This document shows positions 12,916 through 24,374 of a DNA stretch of 64,000 bases, piece after piece. The stretch is from Podarcis pityusensis (Eukaryota): the NCBI GenBank assembly GCA_964106645.2, contig OZ067054.1. One strand, written 5' to 3'. Numbering within the stretch: position 1 is the first letter of the stretch; every line of letters starts with the position of its first letter. The notes beneath the pieces are model-generated. The model made no database searches. It saw only the letters and a list, made by a program, of their open reading frames with translations, and was not told the DNA's origin. The position numbers were made by a program, and so were the translations under genes.

Positions 12916-12954
12916 CCTCCCTTGCAAAAAATATATTTCCCCTCACAAAGATGA

Positions 12955-12973
12955 TAATAATAATAATAATTAA

Positions 12974-13014
<41 letters not shown>

Positions 13015-13170
13015 ATTTATACCCTGCCCATCTAGCTGGGTTTCCCCAGCCACTCTGGGTGGCTCCCAGTCAAGTGTTAAAAACAATGCAGCATTAAATA
13101 TTAAAAACTTCCCTAAACAGGGCTGCCTTCAGATGTCTTTTAAAAATAGAATAGCTGGTTATTTCCTTGA
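12955..13170 (-). mobile_element. L2 3' end with (ATT)n tail; related copies at ~9925-10170, ~22370-22560 and ~61455-61535 (+)
   Basis: Shared ataccctgcccatct.gctggg..ccccagccac..gggctgccttcagatgt motif. Confidence 0.7.
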
Positions 13171-13627
13171 CAAAGATAGCAAAGCAAATGTGCTATATGC
13201 AAAATTTTAAACAATGCTGTAGAATTGAAAGCATTTTATTGGGGGGGGGGGGATTTGCCACCACTAGGCTCTTATGGGAATGACAGCCTCTCCTTCCCTG
13301 CCTAACATTGTTTTCTGCATCTTGCCCAAAGGATTGTTTGTAGGCCATATTTGAGCTGCCAGGAAACCAAACCCTATCAGGCCTGTAGGTATAAGTGATT
13401 GTCCTTATGACCACTTGGTTGCGTAGGTCAATTGTGGGAGGTGCTATGGGATCTTCCTACAATGGTGTGTGGGTGTTGTGTGTGGAAAGGAATATGCACC
13501 AGATTCTACCTCAGCATTCCTGTTACAGCCACATATTGACTGGCGCATAATTGACGGGAGGGAGGGGGGTACTGTTAGTAAAGAATGTCATGATCAGTGG
13601 GTGGCAAGTAAACGTGTTAGTCAGTAA

Positions 13628-14268
13628 GATTCTATCAATGGTGTCTCCGAAAAATTTTACACATCGCTTGGGAAGACAGGCGAACTAATATCAGTGTACT
13701 GGAAGAAGCAAAGATCACCAGTGTTGAAGCAATGATTCTTCAACATCAACTTCGTTGGACTGGACATGTTGTGTGGATGCCTGATGATCGTCTTCCAAAG
13801 CAACTACAGTGGTACCTCAGGTTACATACGCTTCAGGTTACACACTCCGCTAACCCAGAAATAGTGCTTCAGGTTAAGAACTTTGCTTCAGGATAAGAAC
13901 AGAAATCGGGATCCGGTGGCGCAGCAGTAGCAGGAGGCCCCATTAGCTAAAGTGGTGCTTCAGGTTAAGAACAGTTTCAGGTTAAGAACAGACCTCTGGA
14001 ATGAATTAAATACTTAAGCTGAGGTACCACTGTACTCTATTCTGAATTTAAAAATGGAAAGCGTAATGCTGGTGGTAAACAAAAGAGGTTTAAAGACTGG
14101 CAAATCCACACCGTGATCAACTCCTGCCCAGAAACTTATGTCCCCACTGTGGAAGGACGTGTGGATCCAGAATTTGCCTCCACAGTCACTTACGGACTCA
14201 CTGTTAAAACCGTGTTTATGGAAGACAATCTTACTCAGCTACGAGTGATCGCCAGAGAAGAAGAAGAT
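13628..14268 (+). mobile_element. RTE-clade (non-BovB) LINE 3' fragment, interrupted by a mariner MITE
   Basis: CLRKILHIAWEDRRTNISVLEEA..QLRWTGHVV.MPDDRLPKQL|LYSE..KRFKD; C-terminal CPHCGRTCGSRI.LHSHLRTHC* zinc finger; (GAA)n tail. Confidence 0.88.
13807..14032 (+). mobile_element. Tc1/mariner (Tigger-like) MITE
   Basis: TIR cagtggtacctc / gaggtaccactg; TA TSD splitting an RTE reading frame. Confidence 0.9.
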
Positions 14269-15855
14269 GCATGGGCCTATAGCTCCTTAGTCATAAAAAC
14301 ACTCAGCATTGTGTGAATCCATGACAACTCACATTTAAAAGGAACTCAAGCAATAGTGTTGGGAAATAGCTTGGAAAGATGCTGCTGGACTCGATGCTAG
14401 AGTCACTTAGCATGACAGCTTCAAATGTTAATGGGCACAAGTAATCACTTCCACATGAGCCCACTGAATGATGAAACAGCAACATCTGCAGACAGGATAT
14501 GACATGGAAAGAGCAACACCAGTGTGGGAAATTATCATGTCAGATGCTTCAACAACATGGTATCCTGTTTGCAGATGTTGCCATTGCAGCATGCAATAGA
14601 AACATCTGTCACACCAAGACATCCATGCAAGAAATAGCTCTCTCTTAAATCCCGTTATTGTCAGCAGGCACAACTAGTTATCTCTTGATCAGAAGAAAAA
14701 CATGTGATGTATTTGTGCTTTTCTGCCAGCTCTGAAAATCATGCTGTTGTTCTTAACTAAAATATTCATTGATATGTGATCATTCCCCCCCCCCCCATTT
14801 TTAGGCTTTTAAAATTGCTAGGCTGGTAATTAGGGGGAAATGACAACCTGCTGTCAAAAACTGAAAGAACCTGCACTTTTCCATTGTCATTATCTGCTGC
14901 ATTTGTTGGCCAAAGAGTTCTACTTTCTACTTTGTTCAGATGTAGAAAAGGCAGATGACCAAAGTACTTATGTGACTGATAGCTGCTATCCATCTTACTT
15001 ATCACTTCATGGCACCTAACAAGAGGAAAAGGAGATTACAGTCATACCTCTTGTTATGTTCGGTTCAGGTTACGTCTTTTCAGGTTGCGTCCCGTGGCGA
15101 CCCGGAAGTACCAGAAAGGGTTACTTCCAGGTTTTGCCGTTTGTGCATGCGCAGATGCTCAAAATGACATCACGCACATGCACAGAAGCAGTGAATCGCT
15201 TCTGTACAATCTGTACAATCTAAGGCTGCAGTCTTAAAACACAATTCACTATTTCTTTGTTAACTTTATATCCTGCCTTCCCATCAAATGATGCTCAAGG
15301 TAGCTAACAGCAGTAATGCAATAAAATAAAATAAATACAATTTAAAAAAATTAAGTAAAGTTAGGTAAAAGCAACCACTTAAAACCACACTGGGTTGGCA
15401 TCTGTCTGTCTTAGGAGACAATGGAGAAGGGCACCTTTGGGAGTGAAGCCTGCTGTGGCTATAGAAACTGATATGGTTGCAGCTGGGGCAGATGAAGGTT
15501 TCCGGTTTTGCTGCTGCACAGAATATTTACATGTCCATTTATGGACCAAAGCCCTATTTTAATAAGATCTTCTGAGACCAAAATAGCCAGGGCTCCATTT
15601 TACAAAGAGAAGGTTCCATTGAGCAAAGTGGGACTTACTTCCAAGTAAATGTACATAGGGATGCAATGCACATTTCCATAGTGTGAGAGAACAGACAGAG
15701 GAAGGAGGGAACAGACAAGGGCAAGGGCAACAGGGTGAATATGCAGAAATGCAATAGCTAGGCTTGCTAGGTTACCTTGAGGCAATCATTTCTCTTTAGG
15801 CTAAGAGAAATCTACTTTAATCTACTTTACTGTGTTGTTGCAAGAACAGAATGTG

Positions 15856-15858
<3 letters not shown>

Positions 15859-15903
<45 letters not shown>
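15859..15903. repeat. (CA)n microsatellite
   Basis: Directly visible. Confidence 0.98.
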
Positions 15904-15905
<2 letters not shown>

Positions 15906-16088
15906 GCCCTGGATACCTTGGATGTTTCAGTAGTCAGTGAGAAAAACTAAGCGATTTGGCAATAGACCTCCAGAAAGAGTTGAGATTTGAGGTGGAATTT
16001 TAAACAAGAAAGGAAAGCAACAGCACACAGCAAACAGGAGGGAATTCCAGGCATAAGTGACAGCATGGGATAAAAAGGTGGAGAGTCC

Positions 16089-16342
16089 CAGGGGTCAGCA
16101 ACCTTTTTCAGCCGTGGGCCGGTCCACCGTCCCTCAGACCATGTGATGGGCCAGACTATATTTTGAAGGGGGGGGGAAATTAACGAATTCCTGTGCCCCA
16201 CAAATAACCCAGAGATGCATTTTAAATAAAAGGACACATTCTACTCATGTAAAAACACCCTGGTTCCCGGACCATGCGCGGGCCGGATTAAGAAGGCGAT
16301 TGGGCCGCATCTGTGCCCCAGGCCTTAGGTTGCCTAGCCATG
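16089..16342. mobile_element. hAT (Charlie-like) MITE
   Basis: TIR caggggtcagcaacct / aggttgcctagccatg; subterminal gggccgg motifs. Confidence 0.75.
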
Positions 16343-16633
16343 GTGGAGACTCTTCAGAGGCATGATATGGACAGCTTGAGCTAAGGATCTAAGCCATGCA
16401 AAGTACTGAGGACTCTCATGCATGGTTGGAAGCAGACAAGGACAGAAATGGGAAGTGAGGTCAACTTATGCTCTGACTTTCTTATTCTTTAATAGGCATT
16501 CTGTGTATTAATTTGCTACTAATGTTTTGTTCTTAAATAATATCTCAACTCTTGTCTTGCATGGCATTTGTGATATCATCGAGCTCATTTACACCCTATA
16601 CTCTCCTAGTGCGTATGTACTGGTGGAACAAAT

Positions 16634-16675
<42 letters not shown>

Positions 16676-16742
16676 TACTCCAGAAAATTAAAACACAAGC
16701 TGTTAGTGCCCAAACATGTATTTATTAGTCCCCAAATATGTA

Positions 16743-16920
16743 TAGTCATACCTCGGGTTACAGACGCTTCAGGTTGCGTTTTTTGCGGGTTACGGATGTG
16801 CCGAAACCCCGAAGTACCAGAACGGGTTACTTCCAGGTTTCGGCAGTTGCGCATGCGCAGAAGCACTATATCGCAACCCACGTGTACGCAGATGCAGCGC
16901 TGCGGCTTGCAAACGCTGTA
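16743..16920 (+). mobile_element. Related mariner-type MITE; partial second copy at ~15039-15200
   Basis: Starts agtcatacctcgggttacagacgcttcagg; internal gaagtacc..ggttacttcc palindrome and tgcgcatgcgca. Confidence 0.7.
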
Positions 16921-18046
16921 TTTATTATCCTGGTAAAGCAAGTTAATATCTATGCTGGACTTTTAAAATGTGCTGCTGCATGCCACCCCAATCTCCAAGC
17001 AGCATGAGATTCCAGAGGTTGCAGGCTCTGACCCTGGGTTTGTGTTTCTTTTTGGAAATGAGACACAATAGATACCGTTTTGTCTTTCATTTATACATGA
17101 GCCTACGATGGAGGGGTTTACAGCATCAGCACCCTAAATGGGTCTTGTTTCTCCCACAGTCGCAGCCTTGGATTCAAACAGAAATCAAACATTGCCTTCA
17201 AATGTTGCGCACGCTCTCTCTCTCTAGCTTGCTGCTTTACTTCTAGGTCGCATCACTGCAATCTCTAAACTCAGGCTTTGTCCTTCTATCTATGAGTTGA
17301 GGGAGGGTCCTCACCCAATTGCCCATCTCCCACAGAGCCCCCTTTCCTTTGTTCTCTTAATGGCACATCGCCCAGGCAATCACCTCAACACAGGAAGCTG
17401 GCCTGGCTTATATTTCAACACTTGCTGGATCCAAGAGTTAGGAGGATCTCACATACAGCCTACTCACCCCCTCCTCCTGCAAATTCTTAACACTACACTT
17501 ATGTCCCTAAGCTCAAAATGTGCCTATCTTGCTGAACCAACAGCTGAAATAAATGACTTGTCACTTCAGAGATGCTGATTTCACATTTCTCGTTGGTGTC
17601 AATCACATTTAGCAGCATAATTGATGGATTTTATCCAGTCCAGGGAGGAATAAGAAATTATATTCAATTGATGAGCATGTTATTATGCAGAACATAACAA
17701 TATTGAACTTGGACTCCTGCTTTTAAAAATACCTAACTTTTTTCAATGTATCAACTTTGGAGCGGGGCTGGTTATAGAGTTTTCCCTTTTTCTTGCGAAA
17801 AACAGTATATTTCCTTTTTGCGGGATTACAAATAAAATGGGTATGGTTCAGAGATATATGTATGCATATATACCCCACAAAAAACTAGATAATTATAAGC
17901 ACAACTGCGAATGGTATACTTATGTGTAACATTGTAGAATAAAGACTCATTTTCACAACATCACAATTCTCCCCAGGTAATCCTTTTCAAGTTTGCAGCG
18001 TCTGCTTGGGAGAATCTGGGGGGGGGGGGAGCATCAGTGCCCAGGC

Positions 18047-18568
18047 CATAGCTGTCAACCGTCCCTTATTTGGCGGGAAACTCCCTTATCCCAGTGCCGT
18101 GTCCCGCTGCTGTCCCTTAATGATGATGTCCCTTAAATTTCCTGGGTTTCAAAGGAAGCAGCTCCTCTCCCTCCCTGCCTGCCAGCCAGGGAGGAGGGAG
18201 GCTCCAACTGTGTTGCTTGGCTGCGTTGCTCACCCAATAAGGAGTCTAAGAACGACTGGGGGGTGGAGCTTGCATGTCTTGTGCCGATCAAATCGGCCGC
18301 GTTGCCTGGGGACTCGCCTTTGCTCAGTGCTTCCCAGCCGAGAGGTGACAGTGGTTTTCCTTGCTGCATCCCCTTTGCCGGGTTGCTGTGCTGTGGGAAC
18401 CACTGCTTGAGGCTTCGTTTGGCTGCTGGCTGGGCTTTCTGCCTTTGGCTCGGAGGGGCTAAGAAGTTGAACATACCTGTGCCTGGAAAATCCCTTATTT
18501 TGGCTGCTGATCCCTTATTTTCGAGGCTGCTGGTCCCTTATTTTCGAATCTGTAAGTTGACAGCTATG
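18047..18568. mobile_element. hAT MITE
   Basis: TIR catagctgtcaac / gttgacagctatg; 8-bp TSD gc(c/a)caggc; subterminal tcccttat repeats. Confidence 0.88.
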
Positions 18569-19796
18569 GCACAGGCTCTTGCACTCCTTTTTTGTTCTTT
18601 CTTTCTTTTGTTTTTTCTGACTGCATTGTACACATGCAGCAATCTCCCACTGAACTCATTTACTGAGTGCCGTTTGCTTGTTGAAAATCTCACAGAAGCC
18701 AAAACCTTTCATTTTGGTCATACCCTAACCAGCAACAGCCTCAACCTATCACAACATGTGCTTTAATTGCTCCTTCGTGGCGTCATATGCAATGTTCCCC
18801 AAGAACATGGAGCTCAGGGACTCCTCCATAGCTGGATTCTGCCCTAGCAGGCCCGCCGTGTTCCACCTCTAAATCCTCCAGACTCCCAGTCTTACATGAA
18901 TTATTTAGTTCTTTTCTCGTGTTTTCATTTGAAAGAGGGATGATATTCTTAAAACTTCTTAGAAGAGTTTTTAGAGACCTCTCATACAATTGCATTAATT
19001 GTTGTGACTGTTGTAAATTTTAAAGTGATAGTTTTGTCGAAAGTACATAACTATAGTACATATAAAATACCATTGAACAACTATACAATACCTTCCATCT
19101 TTTCAAATGCTAATCTCAGCACATTTGTCAAGCTTTTTCATGATTCATTTCAGGACGTTTATTAATCTGAGGTTGTGTTTCGGCGGCAACGTTGAACACA
19201 TAACACAATTCTGATTGACAGGAACAGTATTAAACAGCTCTATTTTGGCAGCTGTTGATCAAGCAACATCCACTGGAAGCTAAGAAGTTGGAGGTTAAAA
19301 GGGAAGTTGGAAGATCAAAGTGGAGGGAAATTAGCATTTTAGAGCCTTAGGTTTCTCTAAGCAGTCTATCAAACTGCAATTTTTAAAAAATATTTGGAAT
19401 TATAAGGTATTTCGTTATAGGGAATACTGTGAAGTCATGTGGTACGTACCACTGTAAAAGTTGAAATATGCAAATCAGTTAAATTAGAATCCTGGTCTGA
19501 TTATGATGTAACCTCACCCCCCCTCACCCCGTTATGAAGGACGCCATGAAGCCTGGGTCCATTAATGAGGTGAGGTGAGTGAAAGAGATAACACCAGGGC
19601 CCTTAAATTACTGGAAAGAGCCAGTGGGCCACTAAATTCCACTGTTTCCAACCACTAGTGGAATGGAATTAGCAATAAGCAAAATAACATTTATGCAGAT
19701 AACTCAGGTCAACCTTCTTCACATGCATTGTAAGGATAAAATGTATTCAACAAAAATGGTGGGGGTGGAGAAAATTTAAACTGATATACGCACACA

Positions 19797-20010
19797 TGGA
19801 AAAGACCCTGGTGTTGGGAAAGATGGAGGGCACAAGGAAAAGGGGATGACAGAGGATGAGATGGTTGGATAGTGTTCTCAAAGCTACCAACATGAGTTTG
19901 ACCAAACTGCGGGAGGCAGTGGAAGACAGGAGTGCCTGGCGTTCTCTGGTCCATGGGGTCACGAAGAGTCGGACATGACTAAACGACTAAACAACAACAA
20001 CAACAACAAT
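19797..20010 (+). mobile_element. BovB (RTE) LINE 3' fragment
   Basis: EKTL.LGKMEG..WLDSV.. coding end; gagtcggacatgact; (CAA)n tail; TSD gcacacat. Confidence 0.9.
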
Positions 20011-20286
20011 GCACACATTATCAAATAAGTACAATAACAGCATTTTAATACCCAGAGTCTTTCCCCTCAAGGCATCAGTCAAGAACCAATTATTTAGTTT
20101 AGTTTAGAGAATGTTTATACCACTCTTCCTTCAATGATTTCAAGTGGTTTACAATAAATAGAATACTAAATACATACCATTTTTCAATTAGAACCTCAGA
20201 TTTCTTCAAAGCTGACTTTTGAAGATTCCTTGGTTGGATGTAACTGCAGACCTTCAATCTGTCTGTCTGTTGCTGGTTGGCTAGAT

Positions 20287-20422
20287 CAGACATCCCCAAA
20301 CTCGGCCCTTCGGATGTTTTGGAACTACAGTCCCCATCATCCCTGACCACTGATCCTGTTAGCTAGGGATCATGGGAGTTGTAGACCCAAAACATCTGGA
20401 GGGCCAAGTTTGGGGATGCCTG
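20287..20422. mobile_element. Palindromic hAT MITE
   Basis: Almost fully self-complementary; 8-bp TSD ggctagat. Confidence 0.9.
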
Positions 20423-20898
20423 GGCTAGATAGTTGGACAGCTGTGACATGTTGCCAGTTGGATGGGGGCAAAAGACCATTGACTTCCTTCACTCTTTTCA
20501 CATCTCCTCTTTGAACTTCTATCCCAACCTCTAAATCATCTCCATCTCTTGTGCTTGTACAGCTCAACCTCAGAGACAAAAAGCCCTTTTGAACAGAACA
20601 GAATCCAACAGAGAGCCATATTCAAATGTTTACTTTGAAATCTATAAAAGTGCTTCAAAAATGGCTTCAGGGTAACAAGATAGTGGTCAAATCTAAGCCA
20701 TACATTCAAAGCACTCTTACACCACTTAATGCTTCTAGGAACTGTGGTTTGTTAAAGGTTATTCTAACGACTTTCAGCTCAAAACCATACAGCCCTGCAA
20801 AATTCTTGCCTTGTCACTCTTGTTACCATCATGTACTGAGCCATCAAGCAAGATCTGAAGTTAAATGAAATATGCCTTGCTGAGAATGGAAAAGCATT

Positions 20899-20988
20899 AC
20901 AGTGCAATTCCGTATGTGTCTACTTAGGAACAAGTGGATTTAGTTCAATGGGACTTACTCCCAGGTAAGTGTGTATAGGATTGCAGCT
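20899..20988. repeat. ~90-bp old palindromic repeat family; related copies near 4480, 11590, 15620, 51110, 51850, 59870
   Basis: tgcaattccgtat..tactt..caatgggacttactccca..gtataggattgca. Confidence 0.55.
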
Positions 20989-21620
20989 TTTATTAAATCA
21001 GTTGAGAAAGCTATGGATAGTGGCAGCACATGGGACTGTGGAATTTTTGATTCTGGCAATGGATTCATTGTCTGAGGAAATCTATTAATTGAGCTTGGAT
21101 AGGCTTTGTGCTGTCTAGGTATCCCAAGTATTACCTTGTTATAAAGAATCATGTGAAGTTATGGAGTTATGTAATGGATGTATGGGAAAGACCAGCTCTC
21201 TTGTTATGCACACTATTATTCTTATGTATTTGCATTCACAGGTATTGTTGTATGTGAACTTAGCCGTAATACAATAGGTTCAGCCACTGATTCCTGGCAA
21301 TGTTTCATGTAGTAACAGGCTGAAAACCTCCCGTAAGGAAGTTGCCCCACAGAACTTAGCACAAGGAAGTGGCAAGTCTGAGAGAGGCTATAGAATGGAC
21401 ATTATGTTAAATTTGCAAAATTCTACCAATCTAATCACCTGGCAGCACTGATATCGACAGGGGACACACAGTTACTGAGTTAATTAACAGTACATCCAGT
21501 GAACTCAGTGCAGTGTAAGCACTTTTTGAAACACTGGTAACACTAATGGTGATTAATAAAGGATTTTTAGGACTGCTAAACCGTTTGGAAACCATTTTGC
21601 AAAATGACTCGGGGGCTGCA

Positions 21621-21658
<38 letters not shown>

Positions 21659-23135
21659 TCTATGTCGGTGTCGTTGTACCAAAACTTGACATGTTGGGAA
21701 AGAAAACTGCCATTTGGTCAATGGGAAAGAAAAGCAAGAGTCTTTGGTTTTCAAGTTACACATTTAACTGACTCTGGGTTGCCCCCAAATTCTTTAAATT
21801 GGTTTTAAGTATCTGCAGTTTTGCTGTCCAGCAGGAGAGTATACGGTCTCCTTTTCTAAAAATCTGTGACTATTTGAAGGAGATAATGGATTGGACAGCT
21901 GACTAAGCAGTCTGTTGACCTCTGTAGCAGCCAGCTAGATTGATGGTCCTTTCCTTCTCTCCTGGGGAACTGAAGCATGCAAACCTATCTTTTGTTATTT
22001 TGGAAATACAGAGTTCTTCTGTAACACTTTATTGAGGAGGACTCTGTAAGATAACCTGTTGAGGGTAGCACCTCAAGGATACAATAGATGTACATCAAAG
22101 CAAAGGAGAAACGAGGAGTTCATAAAACGTGAAAGTGAGCACAGCAGAGGATTGATGGCCATGGGATCAGAAAACCAATTAAGTTAAATATTCGCCCAGC
22201 AATGACTGCTGTTCTGTCTGACAGAGAGGTGGAGGAGAACAGTATTATGGGATTCACATGCAAACACATGCTGCTCAATTTCTGTAAACCTAATGAAATG
22301 AACAGTAGATCTGCTGTCAATTCATATTTTATAAATATTTGTGAATTAGTAATAGCAGCAGCAGCAGTAGTAATAATTGTACCCTGCCCATCTGACTGGG
22401 TTGCCCCAGCCACCCTGGGAGGCTTCCAGCATATATAAAAACATAGTAGAACATAAAACCTTAAAAAGTTTCCCTATACAGGGCTGCCTTCAGATGTTTC
22501 CTAAATGGTATATAATTACTCATCTCCTTCACATCTGATGGGAGGGCATTCCACTGGGTGGGATTTTATTACTTGTTCTACAGTTACTTTCTGACTTGGG
22601 CCAAATTCATGGGCGACTTTGCAAGGCCCTCCCTGAATTTCAGCTTCCATTTTGAAAAGGAAAAACCTCTAGCCCTTTCTACTAAAGATATATAATTTAA
22701 AACATGCTCACAGTATACTACCAAATCATTCAGTAATTAGAAATCTGTCCTGCTTTACTTAGAAAAGCTCTTAAAGCATCCAGATAAGAGCTATCAAAGC
22801 ATTTTGTCTTAACCACTCTCAAATAATATATGAGATATAAAACAAGTCACTGATTATTTCATGTGACTATAGCTAGCATCCCAGTATAAACTAACACACC
22901 AGCAAACATCCAACCCAGTGCAGATAATATTCTCCTGTCTTAACCTCCTCTTTATGGCTTCTTGCAGTCTCCAGAACTCTCCTGGTTAGCTCCAAGATTT
23001 GAGCTGGAATCAGGAGTAGGTGGTTTTCTCCTGACTTCATGTTGTGTTTCAGAGACATAGTACAAGGTTAGGGTTGGCAACCATCATTCTTTAGTTGGCC
23101 AGCCAAAATTGTCAACCTCTGCCCCCTTCCAAGTA

Positions 23136-23353
23136 CAGTGGTACCTCGGGTTACAGACGCTTCAGGTTACAGACTCCGCTAACCCAGAAATAGTACCTCA
23201 GGTTAAGAACTTTACCTCAGGGTGAGAACAGAAATCGTGCAGTGGTGGCAGCAGGAGGCCCCATTAGCTAAAGTGGTACCTCAGGTTAAGAACAGTTTCA
23301 GGTTAAGAAAGGACCTCCAGAACGAATTAAGTTCTTAACCCGAGGTACCACTG
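23136..23353 (+). mobile_element. Tc1/mariner MITE, same family
   Basis: TIRs and TA flanks. Confidence 0.9.
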
Positions 23354-24033
23354 TATCCTGTGATCTAGGTGACAGCTTAAATCTAGAAAATCAAAAATTT
23401 AGGAAGACAAAAGTACCAAGAACTAAACTGAAAGGAGCAGAACCAAACTGAATGCCTATTCTGTAATTGTATGGAATTATTATTTTTCTTATACATAACA
23501 AATCCAACTGTGACAATAAGCAGCCTCATTGTATAAAAATGAAACTAATTGGCCTTAAGAGCAATTCCAGCTCTAAAATTCCCTGATCTGCTAAACTATC
23601 TTAACAATTAAATTTGTGGGGGGTGGAGGGAGTTTTTAATCAGTAGCAGACTCTGACAACACAGAAAACACTTAATACCCTACATGTGTTAACACAAAAA
23701 ATCTACTGAAAGGTAACAAAAATGCATTTATAAACTTCTTTCCCCACATTTCCTGTCCAGTATTTCTCTCTGGAAGCTGTGAAGAATGGCAAATGCAACG
23801 AGGTTTTTTAAGGGTTGTGGGAATCATAATATTTAGATACATCTGAATGACACAGCTTTTTCCCGTCAGCATTTTTCCAAGCTTCGGAAGGGGCCACCGC
23901 TCAGCAAAAGTTTCTAGGTTCATTCTCTGTCATCTCCAGGTAGGGCTCAGAAAGATCTCAGGAGATCTGTTGCGAGTCAGTGCAGGCAATAGCAAACTAG
24001 CTGTATCAGACAGCTTTCTGTGTCAATCACATG

Positions 24034-24374
24034 GTAAAGGTAAAGGGACCCCTGACCATTAGGTCCAGTCGTGACCGACTCTGGGGTTGCGGTGCTCATC
24101 TCGCTTTATGGGCCGAGGGAGCCAGCGTACAGCTTCCGGGTCCTATGTCCAGCATGACTAAGCCGCTTCTGGCGAACCAGAGCAGCGCACGGAAATGCCG
24201 TTTACCTTCCCGCCGGAGCGGTACCTATTTATCTACTTGCACTTTGACGTGCTAGGTTGGCAGGAGCAGGGACTGAGCAACGGGAGCTCACCCCGTCGCG
24301 GGGATTCGAACCGCCAACCTTCTGATCGGCAAGCCCTAGGCTCTGTGGTTTAACCCACAGTGCCACCCCATCCC
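24034..24374 (-). mobile_element. Sauria/Squam1 SINE
   Basis: Same family with a small internal deletion; TSD atcacatggta. Confidence 0.92.

Noticed and set aside
13781-13800. CTGATGA as a hammerhead core
   Set aside because: Part of the RTE coding sequence (PDDR); no stem II-GAAA follows.
13807-14032. Internal caggttaagaac repeats as a CRISPR-like array
   Set aside because: Subterminal repeats of a mariner MITE in a eukaryotic genome; no unique-spacer periodicity.
18006-18766. 134-167 aa ORFs
   Set aside because: Lie mostly within a non-autonomous hAT element; no transposase motifs.
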